Source: Shigella phage PSD9
Sequence record: MZ561532
Length of the DNA stretch: 64,000 nt
Strand: one strand, 5' to 3'
Below, piece by piece: positions 30,551-39,725 of this stretch. Each line of letters starts with the position of its first letter. Positions within the stretch are counted from its first letter, which is position 1. The notes below the pieces were generated by a model, which was not told the DNA's origin, did not search any database, and was given only the letters and a program-made list of their open reading frames with translations. Position numbers and translations under genes: made by a program.

Positions 30551-31456
30551 TTATAGACCAGCTAACAGGTCGTCCAGACCATCGTCATCAGAAGGACTTA
30601 CTGACGGCTCAGGAGTAGTGGAACGAGTCGGTGTAGATGGTTTAGAATCATATGCATCAAGGTCTGCACTGAATGCGTCCAGGTCATCACCAATCTTATC
30701 AGCGGCTGCAGAAGCTTTAGCGGCAGCACCACCAAGAGCAGCTGTACCAACAACTTTCTTAAACTTGGCTTCGTTAGTTTCGAATGATTTGAAATCGAGC
30801 AGTTTAGAAAGGTCGTGCATTTCTTCCATCAATTTAGCTTGGTAAGCTTCATCATTGATGTTAGGAATTTCAGACTGACCCATGAATTTGGAATCGTCAT
30901 AGTTCTTGAAGTCGCCAACTTTCTTAGATTTCAGTACGAAGTTCGCACCATCAAACGGACATGTTACGTCAACCGGCACTTCACCAATATCGGTATCAAC
31001 TTCAACCATCTGGTTGATTTTATCCATAATTTTCTGACCGAAACGGAATTTAAACACTTTACCTTCGTTAGCAGGCACTGCACTATCCTTAATAACAAGG
31101 ATGTTAGCCCAGAAGGAAGTTTTACGTTTCATCAGTTTGTATTCGGCATTATTAGTATTAAAGGTATCATTCTGGTTCATGTATTTACATACAGGACATG
31201 AATCGAAATCACCGTGTGTAGACGTACAGTTTTCAATGTACCATTGACCATTTTTCTTAAAGCCGTGGTTAACGAGCTTAATGAATGGAGATGGATTTTC
31301 TTCGTTTTTCGAAGGTAGGAAACGAATTACCGCAGTACCGACGCCGTTGTCATCTTTCAATTTCCATTCAGCTTTATCATCGGAAGAGAAAGAAGAACCA
31401 CCTTTCATTGCAGACAGTTGAGCAGCCAGTTGGGAAGGGTCTTTACGTTTAAACAT
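30551..31456 (-). CDS. 32: single-stranded DNA-binding protein
   Basis: 301 aa as in T4 gp32; FKRK N-terminus, core zinc-site region, acidic C-terminal tail. Confidence 0.9.
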   Translation of the reverse strand: MFKRKDPSQLAAQLSAMKGGSSFSSDDKAEWKLKDDNGVGTAVIRFLPSKNEENPSPFIKLVNHGFKKNGQWYIENCTSTHGDFDSCPVCKYMNQNDTFNTNNAEYKLMKRKTSFWANILVIKDSAVPANEGKVFKFRFGQKIMDKINQMVEVDTDIGEVPVDVTCPFDGANFVLKSKKVGDFKNYDDSKFMGQSEIPNINDEAYQAKLMEEMHDLSKLLDFKSFETNEAKFKKVVGTAALGGAAAKASAAADKIGDDLDAFSADLDAYDSKPSTPTRSTTPEPSVSPSDDDGLDDLLAGL

Positions 31457-31515
31457 TTTATTTACCTTAGCAGATTTTAGCAGTTGTATTTTATTAACAG
31501 TTTTTAACAGATTGA
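31457..31515 (-). promoter_or_regulatory. gene 32 mRNA leader with repeated UAA-rich elements (candidate translational operator)
   Basis: AU-rich leader with repeats CUGUUAA/CUGCUAA/UAAAAU upstream of SD AAGGUAAAUAAA-AUG; analogous to the T4 gp32 autoregulatory site. Confidence 0.35.
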
Positions 31516-31521
31516 GTTAGT

Positions 31522-31546
31522 ATATTAACACAGTTGGTTTGAAGCA
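31522..31546 (-). promoter_or_regulatory. MotA-dependent middle promoter candidate (TGCTTCA-N12-TAATAT)
   Basis: MotA-box-like TGCTTCA abutting gene 59 stop, 12 nt from -10 TAATAT. Confidence 0.45.
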
Positions 31547-32200
31547 TTAAAACTTACAAGATTTGATAGTTTCAATGAACAATTTACGAGCTTCTAAATT
31601 ATCGATTATAAGAATTTTCTTATAAGCATTTAATTTAGTCGAATACTTAGACCACACTAAATCGTTGGTCTGTTCATCATGTTTATCAATTATATCCATA
31701 AATGAATCAAGCAAAATAAACGTTTCGAATGAAATAACATTCGATTGAAGGAGCTTAAAAATATAGCTCGAGTTAACTTTTTTATTATAATCAAAAATTT
31801 CAGAAAGCGCTTTAACTTCCACTTTCTTACTAAAATAATAAATGTTTTTGATATCATCCTCAAAAACTTGTTTTATTCTTTTAAGTCTACCGATATATTC
31901 TCGGTAAAAGACTAAGGCGTCAGCATCACTGATGTCGCCAATCCATGCGTCTTGGTTAGCCACCAAGTTACTCATGAATATAAGAGCAAGCTCTTTCAAA
32001 GTGTATTTATCACTCAATTTCTCAAAGAAATATTTGTCACGACGTTTTTGGTAAGCCGTATCAGAGATTCGCATGACCCAGTTGTATTTGATAACGTCGT
32101 ATTTGGCATTGAAGTGATGTTTGAGCATTAAGTATAGTGAATATACGCTCTTACCATTCACCATACGGTTATTGTTTGGTGGCATGCGAATCTTAATCAT
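31547..32200 (-). CDS. 59: helicase-loading protein gp59
   Basis: 217 aa; highly similar to T4 gp59 (GKSVY.LYLM...KYDVIKYNW...). Confidence 0.85.
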   Translation of the reverse strand: MIKIRMPPNNNRMVNGKSVYSLYLMLKHHFNAKYDVIKYNWVMRISDTAYQKRRDKYFFEKLSDKYTLKELALIFMSNLVANQDAWIGDISDADALVFYREYIGRLKRIKQVFEDDIKNIYYFSKKVEVKALSEIFDYNKKVNSSYIFKLLQSNVISFETFILLDSFMDIIDKHDEQTNDLVWSKYSTKLNAYKKILIIDNLEARKLFIETIKSCKF

Positions 32201-32499
32201 AACAAGAAATCCAGAGTATTAGTTTTTTGCGTTCGGGCCATTGAAGGTCGAAGCAAGTTATCATCAATGGCTTCGTTCATAATTTTATCAATAATTCCTG
32301 CAGGCAAATAACGAGCAAAGTTACCTTCAGGGATGCTATTCTCTTCCAACCATGCGGTAGCCGCTTCGAGGTAACTACAACCTTCAGCTTCAACAAAGGC
32401 CTCAATATCAAGGCCATTCTGTTGTTTGTTTACGAGCACATGGACAGGTTCGGAAGCGGTATTAACCGCTCCATCAAAATCATTCAAAGATTGTGTCAT
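32197..32499 (-). CDS. 33: late-transcription co-activator gp33-like
   Basis: 100-aa acidic protein between 59 and dsbA as in T4; ATGA coupling. Confidence 0.5.
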   Translation of the reverse strand: MTQSLNDFDGAVNTASEPVHVLVNKQQNGLDIEAFVEAEGCSYLEAATAWLEENSIPEGNFARYLPAGIIDKIMNEAIDDNLLRPSMARTQKTNTLDFLL

Positions 32500-32749
32500 A
32501 CAGTTCTACCACTTCAGTTTTTTCGTCTTCGAAACGTTCACGAGTGCCTTTATGGTACAGTGAGAACAGCTGGTTAAACATTTTACCGTCTACACCAAGT
32601 TCAGTCTTAGCACGGTCTTTGATATCTTTAATTTCGTCGCCATAAGCTTCCATTTTTAATTTAGTATCGGAAGCAGACTTAATCAGTTGTGCCAATGTGT
32701 TACCATGTTCTTCTTGATTGAATTCAACTTTCACTTTTTCTTTAGCCAT
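32480..32749 (-). CDS. dsbA: double-stranded DNA-binding protein DsbA-like
   Basis: Start set at ATG (MAKEKVKV...) with AGGTGA SD, giving 89 aa as in T4 DsbA. Confidence 0.55.
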   Translation of the reverse strand: MAKEKVKVEFNQEEHGNTLAQLIKSASDTKLKMEAYGDEIKDIKDRAKTELGVDGKMFNQLFSLYHKGTRERFEDEKTEVVELYDTIFE

Positions 32750-32759
32750 TATATTCACC

Positions 32760-33707
32760 TTAATAAAAATCAGCTACTGTAGCGGTTAGTTTAGACAAAC
32801 CAGATTTAACGAAATAAGGATAGACTTTAGATTTCGAAGGTTTGTTATACGTATTATATCTTTCAGTAATTAAAGCAACAATATCATCTGGAATAAAGTC
32901 CATATCAATTAAGATTTGGTTTTCACAGAAACGTTCATATTGTTCTTCAGTAAGAAGTGTTTTAATTATATCATGGTCGTAATAATTCAGAGCAATCGCT
33001 TCAAGTTCCTTGGCACGAGTGCTAGGAGTACGTTCGCCTTCAACCATCGTCAACCAGTAATCACCACGAACTTTAATACTCGCGACGTTATCCTTGCGGT
33101 CGCCTTTAACAACCTTAGTTACACAATCTAATAATGAATCGCCAGATTTTGTTTTGACGAATTTTTTCTGCATTGGAGACCATTGTTTTACCCCAGGGAA
33201 TTTATGGAGTTGAGTAAAGTCGCCATCCGAAGAACCAATCATAACTGGATGGCCTAAAGCCGTGAGGATTCGGGTTAAAACAGCAATATGGTCATCGGCC
33301 TCGACAGTATCGATATTCATAACAATATAAGGCATGTTTTGTTCCAGTTCATCAACAATAATATGCATTGCTGTGAATAAACCTTCCCAATCAAATAATG
33401 ATTCTTCACGAGCCTTAGCACGGTTTTTCTTATAATAAGGTGAATAGCGACGACGCCAATAACCTGATTTAGAGTTGTCAACACAAATAACCAGTTGGCT
33501 GTAACCTTGTTTTTTAAAGTCTTTAATATTTTTCTTAATTGAATTCAGCACGAGGTGCCGAAGCATTGCTGTAGTTACTTTAGGAAATCCAGCATTCTCA
33601 CCAAACTCTTGGAAAGCTGCAGCCATAATGATTTGGCTGAAATCTAGGAGTAAAAATCCATCTTTTTGTTGGTCTTCTTCGGGAAGTAAAAAATCTAAAT
33701 CGTTCAT
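32760..33707 (-). CDS. rnh: RNase H / 5'-3' flap exonuclease
   Basis: Strong similarity to T4 RNase H (DFSQI..., ICVDNSKSGYWRR, SSDGDFTQLHK); start set at MNDLDFLL downstream of promoter. Confidence 0.85.
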   Translation of the reverse strand: MNDLDFLLPEEDQQKDGFLLLDFSQIIMAAAFQEFGENAGFPKVTTAMLRHLVLNSIKKNIKDFKKQGYSQLVICVDNSKSGYWRRRYSPYYKKNRAKAREESLFDWEGLFTAMHIIVDELEQNMPYIVMNIDTVEADDHIAVLTRILTALGHPVMIGSSDGDFTQLHKFPGVKQWSPMQKKFVKTKSGDSLLDCVTKVVKGDRKDNVASIKVRGDYWLTMVEGERTPSTRAKELEAIALNYYDHDIIKTLLTEEQYERFCENQILIDMDFIPDDIVALITERYNTYNKPSKSKVYPYFVKSGLSKLTATVADFY

Positions 33708-33738
33708 ATGAACCTCTGTCCAATTAGTGTAGAGGTTC

Positions 33739-33767
33739 ATTATATCACGACCCTAGAAGAAGTAAAC
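33739..33767 (-). promoter_or_regulatory. T4-type early promoter (GTTTAC-N17-TATAAT) for rnh
   Basis: Consensus hexamers; -10 overlaps the track's upstream ATG, supporting the downstream start. Confidence 0.5.
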
Positions 33768-33774
33768 ACTTTGC

Positions 33775-33782
33775 TATAAATA
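33775..33782 (+). promoter_or_regulatory. late promoter TATAAATA for gene 34
   Basis: Exact TATAAATA 32 nt upstream of gene 34 ATG; divergent from the rnh promoter. Confidence 0.65.
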
Positions 33783-33814
33783 GTTCTATACCCTGAAAAC
33801 GAAAAGGAAATAAA

Positions 33815-36800
33815 ATGGCCGATATTTTAAAACCTGCCTTCCGTGCTACATCCGGACTCGATGCTGCAGGCGAGAAAGTTATCAATGTTGCCAAAGCCGA
33901 TTACAATGTATTAGACGACGGCGTCAACGTTGAATTCTTTATAGATGAGAACACCATCCAGGCGTACGACGAGACGCGCGGATATAAGAAAGGGTTTGCC
34001 GTAATCCATGACCAACGTATCTGGGTTGCTCAACGTGATATCGATGCTCCAGCAGGAACCTTTGTACCGGGTTATTGGACTGCAACTCGTACTGACCCTA
34101 AATGGATTACCGTAGCATCTCCTACACGCCAGCTGGCTTCCGGTGAATATATTGCTGTGGATTCTGCTGCTAGCTTTACTACATTTACCCTGCCTCCGAA
34201 CCCTACTGATGGTGATACCATCGTAATCAAGGATATTGGTGGCCGTGTAGGTTATAATGAAATTAAGCTCCAGTCTAGTTCTGCTCCAGGTGGTGGTAAT
34301 CAGAAAATTGTCCGTTTCGGTAACCAGTTCACTGAGACCTTAATTACGAAGCCTTTTTCCTATAATATGATTATCTTTGCCAACCGTTTATGGCATTTCT
34401 GGGAAGCAGCTAATGAAGAACGTGGTATTCGTGTAGAACCGAACACTGCCCAGTTCCAATCACAAGCGGGTGATAACGTTTTACGTCGTTATACTTCAGG
34501 TGCAGTAATTAAGTTTACTCTTCCTAAGTATGCGAACCAAGGTGATATTATTAAAACCGTTGATATCGATGGTTTAGGAAGTAAATTCCACTTAATCGTT
34601 GAAACATTTGATGCGTCATCTTCATTAGGTAAGCCTGGCCAGCATAGCATGGAATTCCGTACTTCAGGTGATGGATTCTTTGTTTATAACTCTACCGAAA
34701 AATTATGGTATGTTTGGGACGGCGACCGACAAACTCGTTTACGTGTAATTCGTGACGATGTTGAACTCTTGGCTAACGAAAGTGTTATTGTTTTTGGTCC
34801 TAATAACACGACACCCCAGACAATTAATATCACATTACCTACCGGTGTGGCCCAGGGTGATGTCGTTAAGATTGCTCTGAACTATCTCCGTAAAGCTCAG
34901 ACGGTAAATATTAAGGCTGCCGTAGGAGATAAGATTGCTTCATCCGTCCAGTTGCTTCAATTCCCTAAACGTTCAGAATATCCACCAGAAACCGAATGGG
35001 TATTGAATGACGTACTGACCTTTAATGGCAATATAAGTTATACTCCGGTTATTGAACTGAGTTATATCGAAGACACCACTACAGGTGGCAAATATTGGGT
35101 TGTTGCTCAGAACGTTCCTACTATAGAACGTGTGGATTCTAAAGATGATTTAACTCGTGCTCGTCTCGGTGTTATTGCCCTTGCGTCGCAGACTCAGGCA
35201 AACGTTGACCATGAAAATAACCCTGAGAAAGAACTTGCAATTACTCCACAGACTTTAGCTAATCGTGTAGCGACTGAATCTCGTCGTGGTATTGCTCGTA
35301 TTGCTACTACTGCTCAGGTGAACCAGGACACAACCTTCGCATTCCAGGACGATTTGATTATTTCTCCTAAGAAATTAAACGAACGTACTGCAACCGAAAC
35401 TCGCCGTGGTGTTGCTGAAATTGCTACGCAAGTTGAAACTAACACGGGTACAGATGATACTACAATCATCACTCCTAAGAAGCTACAAGCGCGCCAGGGT
35501 TCGGAAAGTCTTTCAGGTATTGTAACATATACCTCTACTGTAGGAACCGCTCCTGCGACTGCTAGGGACACCGTAGGTACTAACGTTTATAATAAGAACG
35601 TAGGCAATTTGGTTATTTCTCCTAAAGCTCTTGACCAGTATAAAGCTACCCAAGTTCAACAGGGTACGGTATATCTTTCTAACCAATCTGAAGTTAACGC
35701 AGGCCAATCGGCAAGTGGATTTGCCAACAGTGCTGTTTCTCCGGAAACATTACATGCTCGTGTGGCTCTTGATACTCGTACAGGGTTAATTGAAATTGCT
35801 ACGCAACAGGAAACTGATACTGGAACAGATTATACTCGTGCGGTAACACCTAAGACGTTAAATGATAGGAAAGCTACGGAAGGATTGACTGGTATTGCTA
35901 GAATTGCAACACAGGTAGAATTTGATGCAGGTACGTTAGATAATGTTATTTCAACTCCGTTGAAAATTAAAACAAGATTTAATGATACTGCTAGAACTTC
36001 TGTCTCAGCAGCCAGTGGTTTGGTTGAATCAGGAACCTTATGGAACCATTATACACTAGATATTAGAGAAGCAAATGAGACACAACGTGGTACTGCTCGC
36101 CTGGCAACCCAGACCGAAGTCAACGTTGGTACTGATGACAAAACCATCATCACTCCTTTGAAATTACACTCTAAAAAATCTACTGAAAGTTCTGAAGGTA
36201 TTATTCGTGTTGCAACCAATACCGAAACAACCGCAGGAACTTCTAAAGTTTTGGCTGTAAGCCCTTCTGGTTTAAAATATGTAGTACAGACCGAAACTAC
36301 TTGGGAAGCTACTGCACTTCGTCGTGGATTTGTTAAACTAACCGAAGGTGCTTTAACCCATTCAGGAAATAAAGTTACTGGTTCTGGTGTTAAATTTAAC
36401 TCAGGTACAGGCCTTTACGAGAACGATGATACTGTTCTGAATGCAGCGAACTATCCTAAAACAGGTTATGCTGTTTCATCTTACGAGATGAATAAAACTT
36501 TACAGAACTTTTTACCTATAAATGCTACGGCTGTGAACTCCGAGAAATTGGATGGCCTAGATTCACTTCAGTTCATTCGTAGAGACGTTGACCAAACGGT
36601 TAATGGTTCTTTAACGTTGACAAAACAATTGAACCTGGCAGCTCCTCTAGTGTCTTCTAGTACTGCTAATATTACCGGCAATACTATTTTAGGTTCTCTG
36701 GAAGTAACCGGAAATTCTACTTTTAAAAATGATGTATCTGTTAGCTCAGGTAAATCTATTAAATTTGTAGGCCCTCAGTCAGGCGCTGGTACTTGGAACT

Positions 36801-37864
36801 CTCAAGGTGATACTTTAGCTCCGATTTTTGCCGAGATAAATTCGACCCCAGATGCCAAGTTCCATCCTATTGTTAAACAACGTTTAGGGCAAGGTACGTT
36901 CTCTTTAGGCACTGTAAATGATGGAACTCGTGATTTTAAAATACATTATCTTCCATCGCCGGGTTCTTTAGAATCTTTCTACTGGACCTTTAATACGACT
37001 GGTGACTTTGCTGTTAATAGTGGTTCCATTAGTATTTCTAAGAATGCTAATATCACAGGTATAACCACTTCTAACGGTGTTTCTACAACTACATTAAATG
37101 CTTCTGCTCTGTCTTCATTACAAAACGTAACTACTTCAGGTACTATCGTTTCCACCGGACAGGTATCGGCAAATAATGGTTTGGTTGCTCAAAAATACGT
37201 CCGCTCTGTTGGTGTTAAACCTACATTAGCATCGCAGGCCCCTACTGCAGAAACAGTTGGCTTCTGGTCTGTCGATATCAATGATTCGGCTACATTTAAC
37301 CTATTCCCAGGTTATTGGACGATGAAAACTAAACGTCAGGTTAATATTGATACGGTCCAAACTAAACCTGCCGGTGTTTCTGATGAGATATGGAATGCTT
37401 CTGGTTGGTTGACGGAAACGGGTGCATTTAGTTCTCCGGCTATTCGTTATCGTAACGAAGACGGTAGTTTTGGTGACGAAGTTCTCAGTACGACGGGTCA
37501 GAAATTACGTGGTACTTGGTTTGATTATTCTGTTCGTGATAAGGAAGTTAAATATCCTGGTACGTTAACTCAGTTTGGTAATACATTGGATTCATGTTAT
37601 CAGGATTGGGTGTGCTATCCTACAGGACTGAATGGTGGTACTATTCGTTATACACGTACCTGGCAGAAAAATAAAAACGCATGGACTACGTTCTCTATGG
37701 TCTATACGGCAGATAACCCTCCTTCTGCGGAAGAGGTTGGTGCATTGCCTGCTGATAACGCCACAATGGGTAACATTACAATCCTTGATTGGTTACGTAT
37801 TGGTAACGTTCGTATTATTCCTGACCCGGTCACTAAATCCGTTAAGTTTGAGTGGATTGAATAA
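33815..37864 (+). CDS. 34: long tail fibre proximal subunit
   Basis: 1349 aa; extensive similarity to T4 gp34 including TETRRGVAEIATQ repeats and C-terminal ...NVRIIPDPVTKSVKFEWIE. Confidence 0.85.
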   Translation: MADILKPAFRATSGLDAAGEKVINVAKADYNVLDDGVNVEFFIDENTIQAYDETRGYKKGFAVIHDQRIWVAQRDIDAPAGTFVPGYWTATRTDPKWITVASPTRQLASGEYIAVDSAASFTTFTLPPNPTDGDTIVIKDIGGRVGYNEIKLQSSSAPGGGNQKIVRFGNQFTETLITKPFSYNMIIFANRLWHFWEAANEERGIRVEPNTAQFQSQAGDNVLRRYTSGAVIKFTLPKYANQGDIIKTVDIDGLGSKFHLIVETFDASSSLGKPGQHSMEFRTSGDGFFVYNSTEKLWYVWDGDRQTRLRVIRDDVELLANESVIVFGPNNTTPQTINITLPTGVAQGDVVKIALNYLRKAQTVNIKAAVGDKIASSVQLLQFPKRSEYPPETEWVLNDVLTFNGNISYTPVIELSYIEDTTTGGKYWVVAQNVPTIERVDSKDDLTRARLGVIALASQTQANVDHENNPEKELAITPQTLANRVATESRRGIARIATTAQVNQDTTFAFQDDLIISPKKLNERTATETRRGVAEIATQVETNTGTDDTTIITPKKLQARQGSESLSGIVTYTSTVGTAPATARDTVGTNVYNKNVGNLVISPKALDQYKATQVQQGTVYLSNQSEVNAGQSASGFANSAVSPETLHARVALDTRTGLIEIATQQETDTGTDYTRAVTPKTLNDRKATEGLTGIARIATQVEFDAGTLDNVISTPLKIKTRFNDTARTSVSAASGLVESGTLWNHYTLDIREANETQRGTARLATQTEVNVGTDDKTIITPLKLHSKKSTESSEGIIRVATNTETTAGTSKVLAVSPSGLKYVVQTETTWEATALRRGFVKLTEGALTHSGNKVTGSGVKFNSGTGLYENDDTVLNAANYPKTGYAVSSYEMNKTLQNFLPINATAVNSEKLDGLDSLQFIRRDVDQTVNGSLTLTKQLNLAAPLVSSSTANITGNTILGSLEVTGNSTFKNDVSVSSGKSIKFVGPQSGAGTWNSQGDTLAPIFAEINSTPDAKFHPIVKQRLGQGTFSLGTVNDGTRDFKIHYLPSPGSLESFYWTFNTTGDFAVNSGSISISKNANITGITTSNGVSTTTLNASALSSLQNVTTSGTIVSTGQVSANNGLVAQKYVRSVGVKPTLASQAPTAETVGFWSVDINDSATFNLFPGYWTMKTKRQVNIDTVQTKPAGVSDEIWNASGWLTETGAFSSPAIRYRNEDGSFGDEVLSTTGQKLRGTWFDYSVRDKEVKYPGTLTQFGNTLDSCYQDWVCYPTGLNGGTIRYTRTWQKNKNAWTTFSMVYTADNPPSAEEVGALPADNATMGNITILDWLRIGNVRIIPDPVTKSVKFEWIE

Positions 37865-37872
37865 GAGGTATT

Positions 37873-38994
37873 ATGGAAAGATTTATGGCAGAATTTGGAC
37901 AAGGATATGTCCAGGTTCCTACATTATCTGAAAACAATGCTGTAAGGTATAAACTTAGTATAGCGGGTAGTTGTACTAAGTCTACCACAAAAGCATATGT
38001 TAAATTTCAAGATGGGAACTTCGGTTCCCAGAATTTTCAAAATGGATTAAACCTTATAGAAATTGATGTTAGTGCTGAACCTAAAATAGTGGCTAACAAA
38101 ACTTATAGTTTTACAAAAGATTTTGATGTTATTTCTGAAGCTTTTATAACGTATATAAATTCTATACCGGCCAATAGAATAGTTTGTTTAGTATCTTCTG
38201 GTAGATTAAATGCTTCACAAAAACTTATTGATTGGTTCCGTGCAGCAGGAAGTACCGCATTCCCGACTAAATGGTTAATAGACCGGTTTGAGCCATCTTA
38301 TTCTGCATTTTATGTTTCAGGAAGGAATGCCATAGTAATGGAACATGTGCTTTATAATGATGGGGTATTGGTCGAAGATGTTTCTACCCCATTAGAAGTG
38401 GTATTTGATGATATCAGCGACGTTGGTGGTACAGGATATCCTGTCAGAATTGTTGAAGACGAAAGCACTTATCTAAGCAATGATGGAGATGAAATTAAGC
38501 GATTTCCTACCGAATCTCCTACCACCCCATTAACAGATTATAATATGAAACCAGGTGAATTCTTTTACCTTAAGTTTCAATTAATGCGCGACCAAGCTTT
38601 AAAAGACGTAGGGACTTCTCAGATGTCTGTTAGATTTTTTAATGCCTCAGGTGCTTTAACTGGGACAGTTAATATGGACGTTCCTTCCAACGTTCCTGCT
38701 GGCGCATGGATGACATTTGAACGGGTAGTAATGGTTCCTGAAGGTACTACAGACTTTACTCTTTATGCCAGAAAAACAGCTTCGGCTGGCCAAGGCGGAG
38801 TTCGAAATGTTATGTTCGGTGAGATATCTGAATCAGAACCTCAGCCAAAACCTGCTGAATTTGGTGTTAACGGTATTCGTATGAACTTTGGTACGGAAAC
38901 TAAAAATATGGGTACTACCATAGCCCAGCTATATGATAAAACAGGCACTAAACCTGGTCAGGTTTGGGTCGCTGAATTTAGAGAAAAATATTAA
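37873..38994 (+). CDS. 35: long tail fibre hinge protein
   Basis: 373 aa (T4 gp35 372 aa), between 34 and 36. Confidence 0.75.
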   Translation: MERFMAEFGQGYVQVPTLSENNAVRYKLSIAGSCTKSTTKAYVKFQDGNFGSQNFQNGLNLIEIDVSAEPKIVANKTYSFTKDFDVISEAFITYINSIPANRIVCLVSSGRLNASQKLIDWFRAAGSTAFPTKWLIDRFEPSYSAFYVSGRNAIVMEHVLYNDGVLVEDVSTPLEVVFDDISDVGGTGYPVRIVEDESTYLSNDGDEIKRFPTESPTTPLTDYNMKPGEFFYLKFQLMRDQALKDVGTSQMSVRFFNASGALTGTVNMDVPSNVPAGAWMTFERVVMVPEGTTDFTLYARKTASAGQGGVRNVMFGEISESEPQPKPAEFGVNGIRMNFGTETKNMGTTIAQLYDKTGTKPGQVWVAEFREKY

Positions 38995-39010
38995 GGAACC
39001 TTCGGGTTCC
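38995..39010 (+). terminator. intrinsic terminator after gene 35
   Basis: GGAACC-UUCG-GGUUCC followed by UUUUUCGUUUUC. Confidence 0.6.
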
Positions 39011-39028
39011 TTTTTCGTTTTCTACGGC

Positions 39029-39036
39029 CATAAATA
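39029..39036 (+). promoter_or_regulatory. candidate late promoter (CATAAATA) for genes 36-38
   Basis: CATAAATATATAAAA 34 nt upstream of gene 36 ATG; one mismatch to TATAAATA. Confidence 0.35.
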
Positions 39037-39069
39037 TATAAAAGGCTATAACTCCCAAAGGAAACTCAA

Positions 39070-39717
39070 ATGGCAGATTTAAAATTAGGTTCTACAGCAG
39101 GAGGTTCAGTATTATGGCACCAAGGTAATTTTCCCTTAACGCCTGTATCAAATGACCTTCTTTACAAAACATATAAAGTTTATACCGAATATAATAAACC
39201 GCAAGCCACTGATAACGACTTTGTTTCAAAAGCAAATGGTGGTAATTATAAGAATAACGTGTATTTTGAAAAAGGGCTGACCTTTAATGATACTAATGGA
39301 TACGGTATTAAATTAGGAACAAGAACTGGTGGAGCACCGTTCACGGCTTCTTTCCGTATTAAAGGCGCTTTTGGATATGAAACGGAAGATGGTACTCCGT
39401 TCATGATATTCAACCCAAGTACAGTAGTAGGTGCTAAACGCCTCACAGTAATGGGTGATTCATTATTCAGACAAGTATATGACGAATCAGGTCGTGTATT
39501 CAGTCCAGGCAACACCCCTACTAAAGCTCAAGTAGGATTATCGTTAGTAGATAACGCAAAACAGGTCCAAATAAATAATACTAACATGCAAACAATGACC
39601 GGAGTACTTGCTGCTCCTAACTTTATTTCGCTGAATCCGGCCTCTGACGCAGGACACGTTCCTCGTTTTGACCAGATTGTTATTAAAGATTCTATTCAAG
39701 ATTTTGGTTATTATTAA
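39070..39717 (+). CDS. 36: long tail fibre distal connector
   Basis: 215 aa (T4 gp36 about 221 aa), directly upstream of 37. Confidence 0.75.
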   Translation: MADLKLGSTAGGSVLWHQGNFPLTPVSNDLLYKTYKVYTEYNKPQATDNDFVSKANGGNYKNNVYFEKGLTFNDTNGYGIKLGTRTGGAPFTASFRIKGAFGYETEDGTPFMIFNPSTVVGAKRLTVMGDSLFRQVYDESGRVFSPGNTPTKAQVGLSLVDNAKQVQINNTNMQTMTGVLAAPNFISLNPASDAGHVPRFDQIVIKDSIQDFGYY

Positions 39718-39725
39718 GAGGCATT

